Positions 33,881 through 34,345 of a DNA stretch of 34,345 bases are shown here, piece by piece. The position numbers were made by a program, and so were the translations under genes. A model generated the notes under the pieces. It saw nothing but the letters and a program-made list of their open reading frames with translations, was not told the origin of the DNA and did no database searches. This stretch comes from Trypethelium eluteriae (taxonomy: Eukaryota), in NCBI GenBank assembly GCA_051942245.1, contig JAVECL010000229.1, positions 1-34,345 of the forward strand, in the 5' to 3' direction. Position 1 is the stretch's first letter, and the number at the start of each line of letters is the position of its first letter.

Positions 33881-34345
33881 GGAACCGGCCCTAGTTGAGG
33901 TCGTTGCGGTTATTCCTTTTCTATCTTTTGCATGCTTGATACCCTGAGGGCGGACCTCTGAGCCTGGCGAGCAACAGATCAGCACTTTGGGTCATCTGCT
34001 CGCGACGAACTCTCTGAGGCTCTCTTGGAGCATATGACTGGAGTTCGGGCGCGTCTCATTGAAGGCAACTGCTTCCCTCGGTCCAGGGCATGTATAGCCA
34101 CGCAGGCGTTAAGCATCTACCCCACAGACAGATGTCGTGATTCATAGTGGATTGCCTCTTCTCGGTACCCAGATGGTTCTTTGTGTCTTATCCGCCTTTG
34201 AGATACCTTATAATGTGGAGTTGCATACAGACGCCTTTGGTGAGCCTGAATGGTCCGTCTGTAGTATTCCCGCTCGGCCAACTTCGACCTTCTCTTAGAG
34301 CCCATGAAACAGAGCTTGTGCTCCATCCTTCGTTCCTATCATACC

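Noticed and set aside
34117..34326. 69-aa minus-strand ORF at the window end
   Set aside because: No recognisable homology; cannot be judged without the adjacent sequence.

Overview
Gene-dense genomic DNA from a filamentous ascomycete (Pezizomycotina), with short GT-AG introns and CTRAY branch sites. I hand-spliced 13 protein genes: a partial Arg/Ser/Pro-rich protein, SF3B2/Cus1, an aldo-keto reductase, a divergent plasma-membrane H+-ATPase, a Ser/Pro-rich protein with C-terminal TM helices, CaaX protease Rce1, an alpha/beta hydrolase, Mid1, Ppt1/PP5, Spt4, a GPI-type aspartic protease, a GH47 alpha-1,2-mannosidase and Rfc4. The clearest unexplained structure is a 194-bp fold-back at 29436-29629. 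It reads as a 172-bp non-coding MITE-like element with a TA duplication, inserted in the centre of an AGGTACCT-TA-AGGTACCT palindrome. A 17-nt match to the reconstructed empty site occurs at 5537-5553, and related AGGTA/TACCT words recur in the intergenic regions. The H+-ATPase has KGAP changed to KGAA and an Asp at the position of yeast regulatory Ser899. No tRNA, rRNA, CRISPR array or transposase was recognised. All calls come from reading the sequence; no database search was run.
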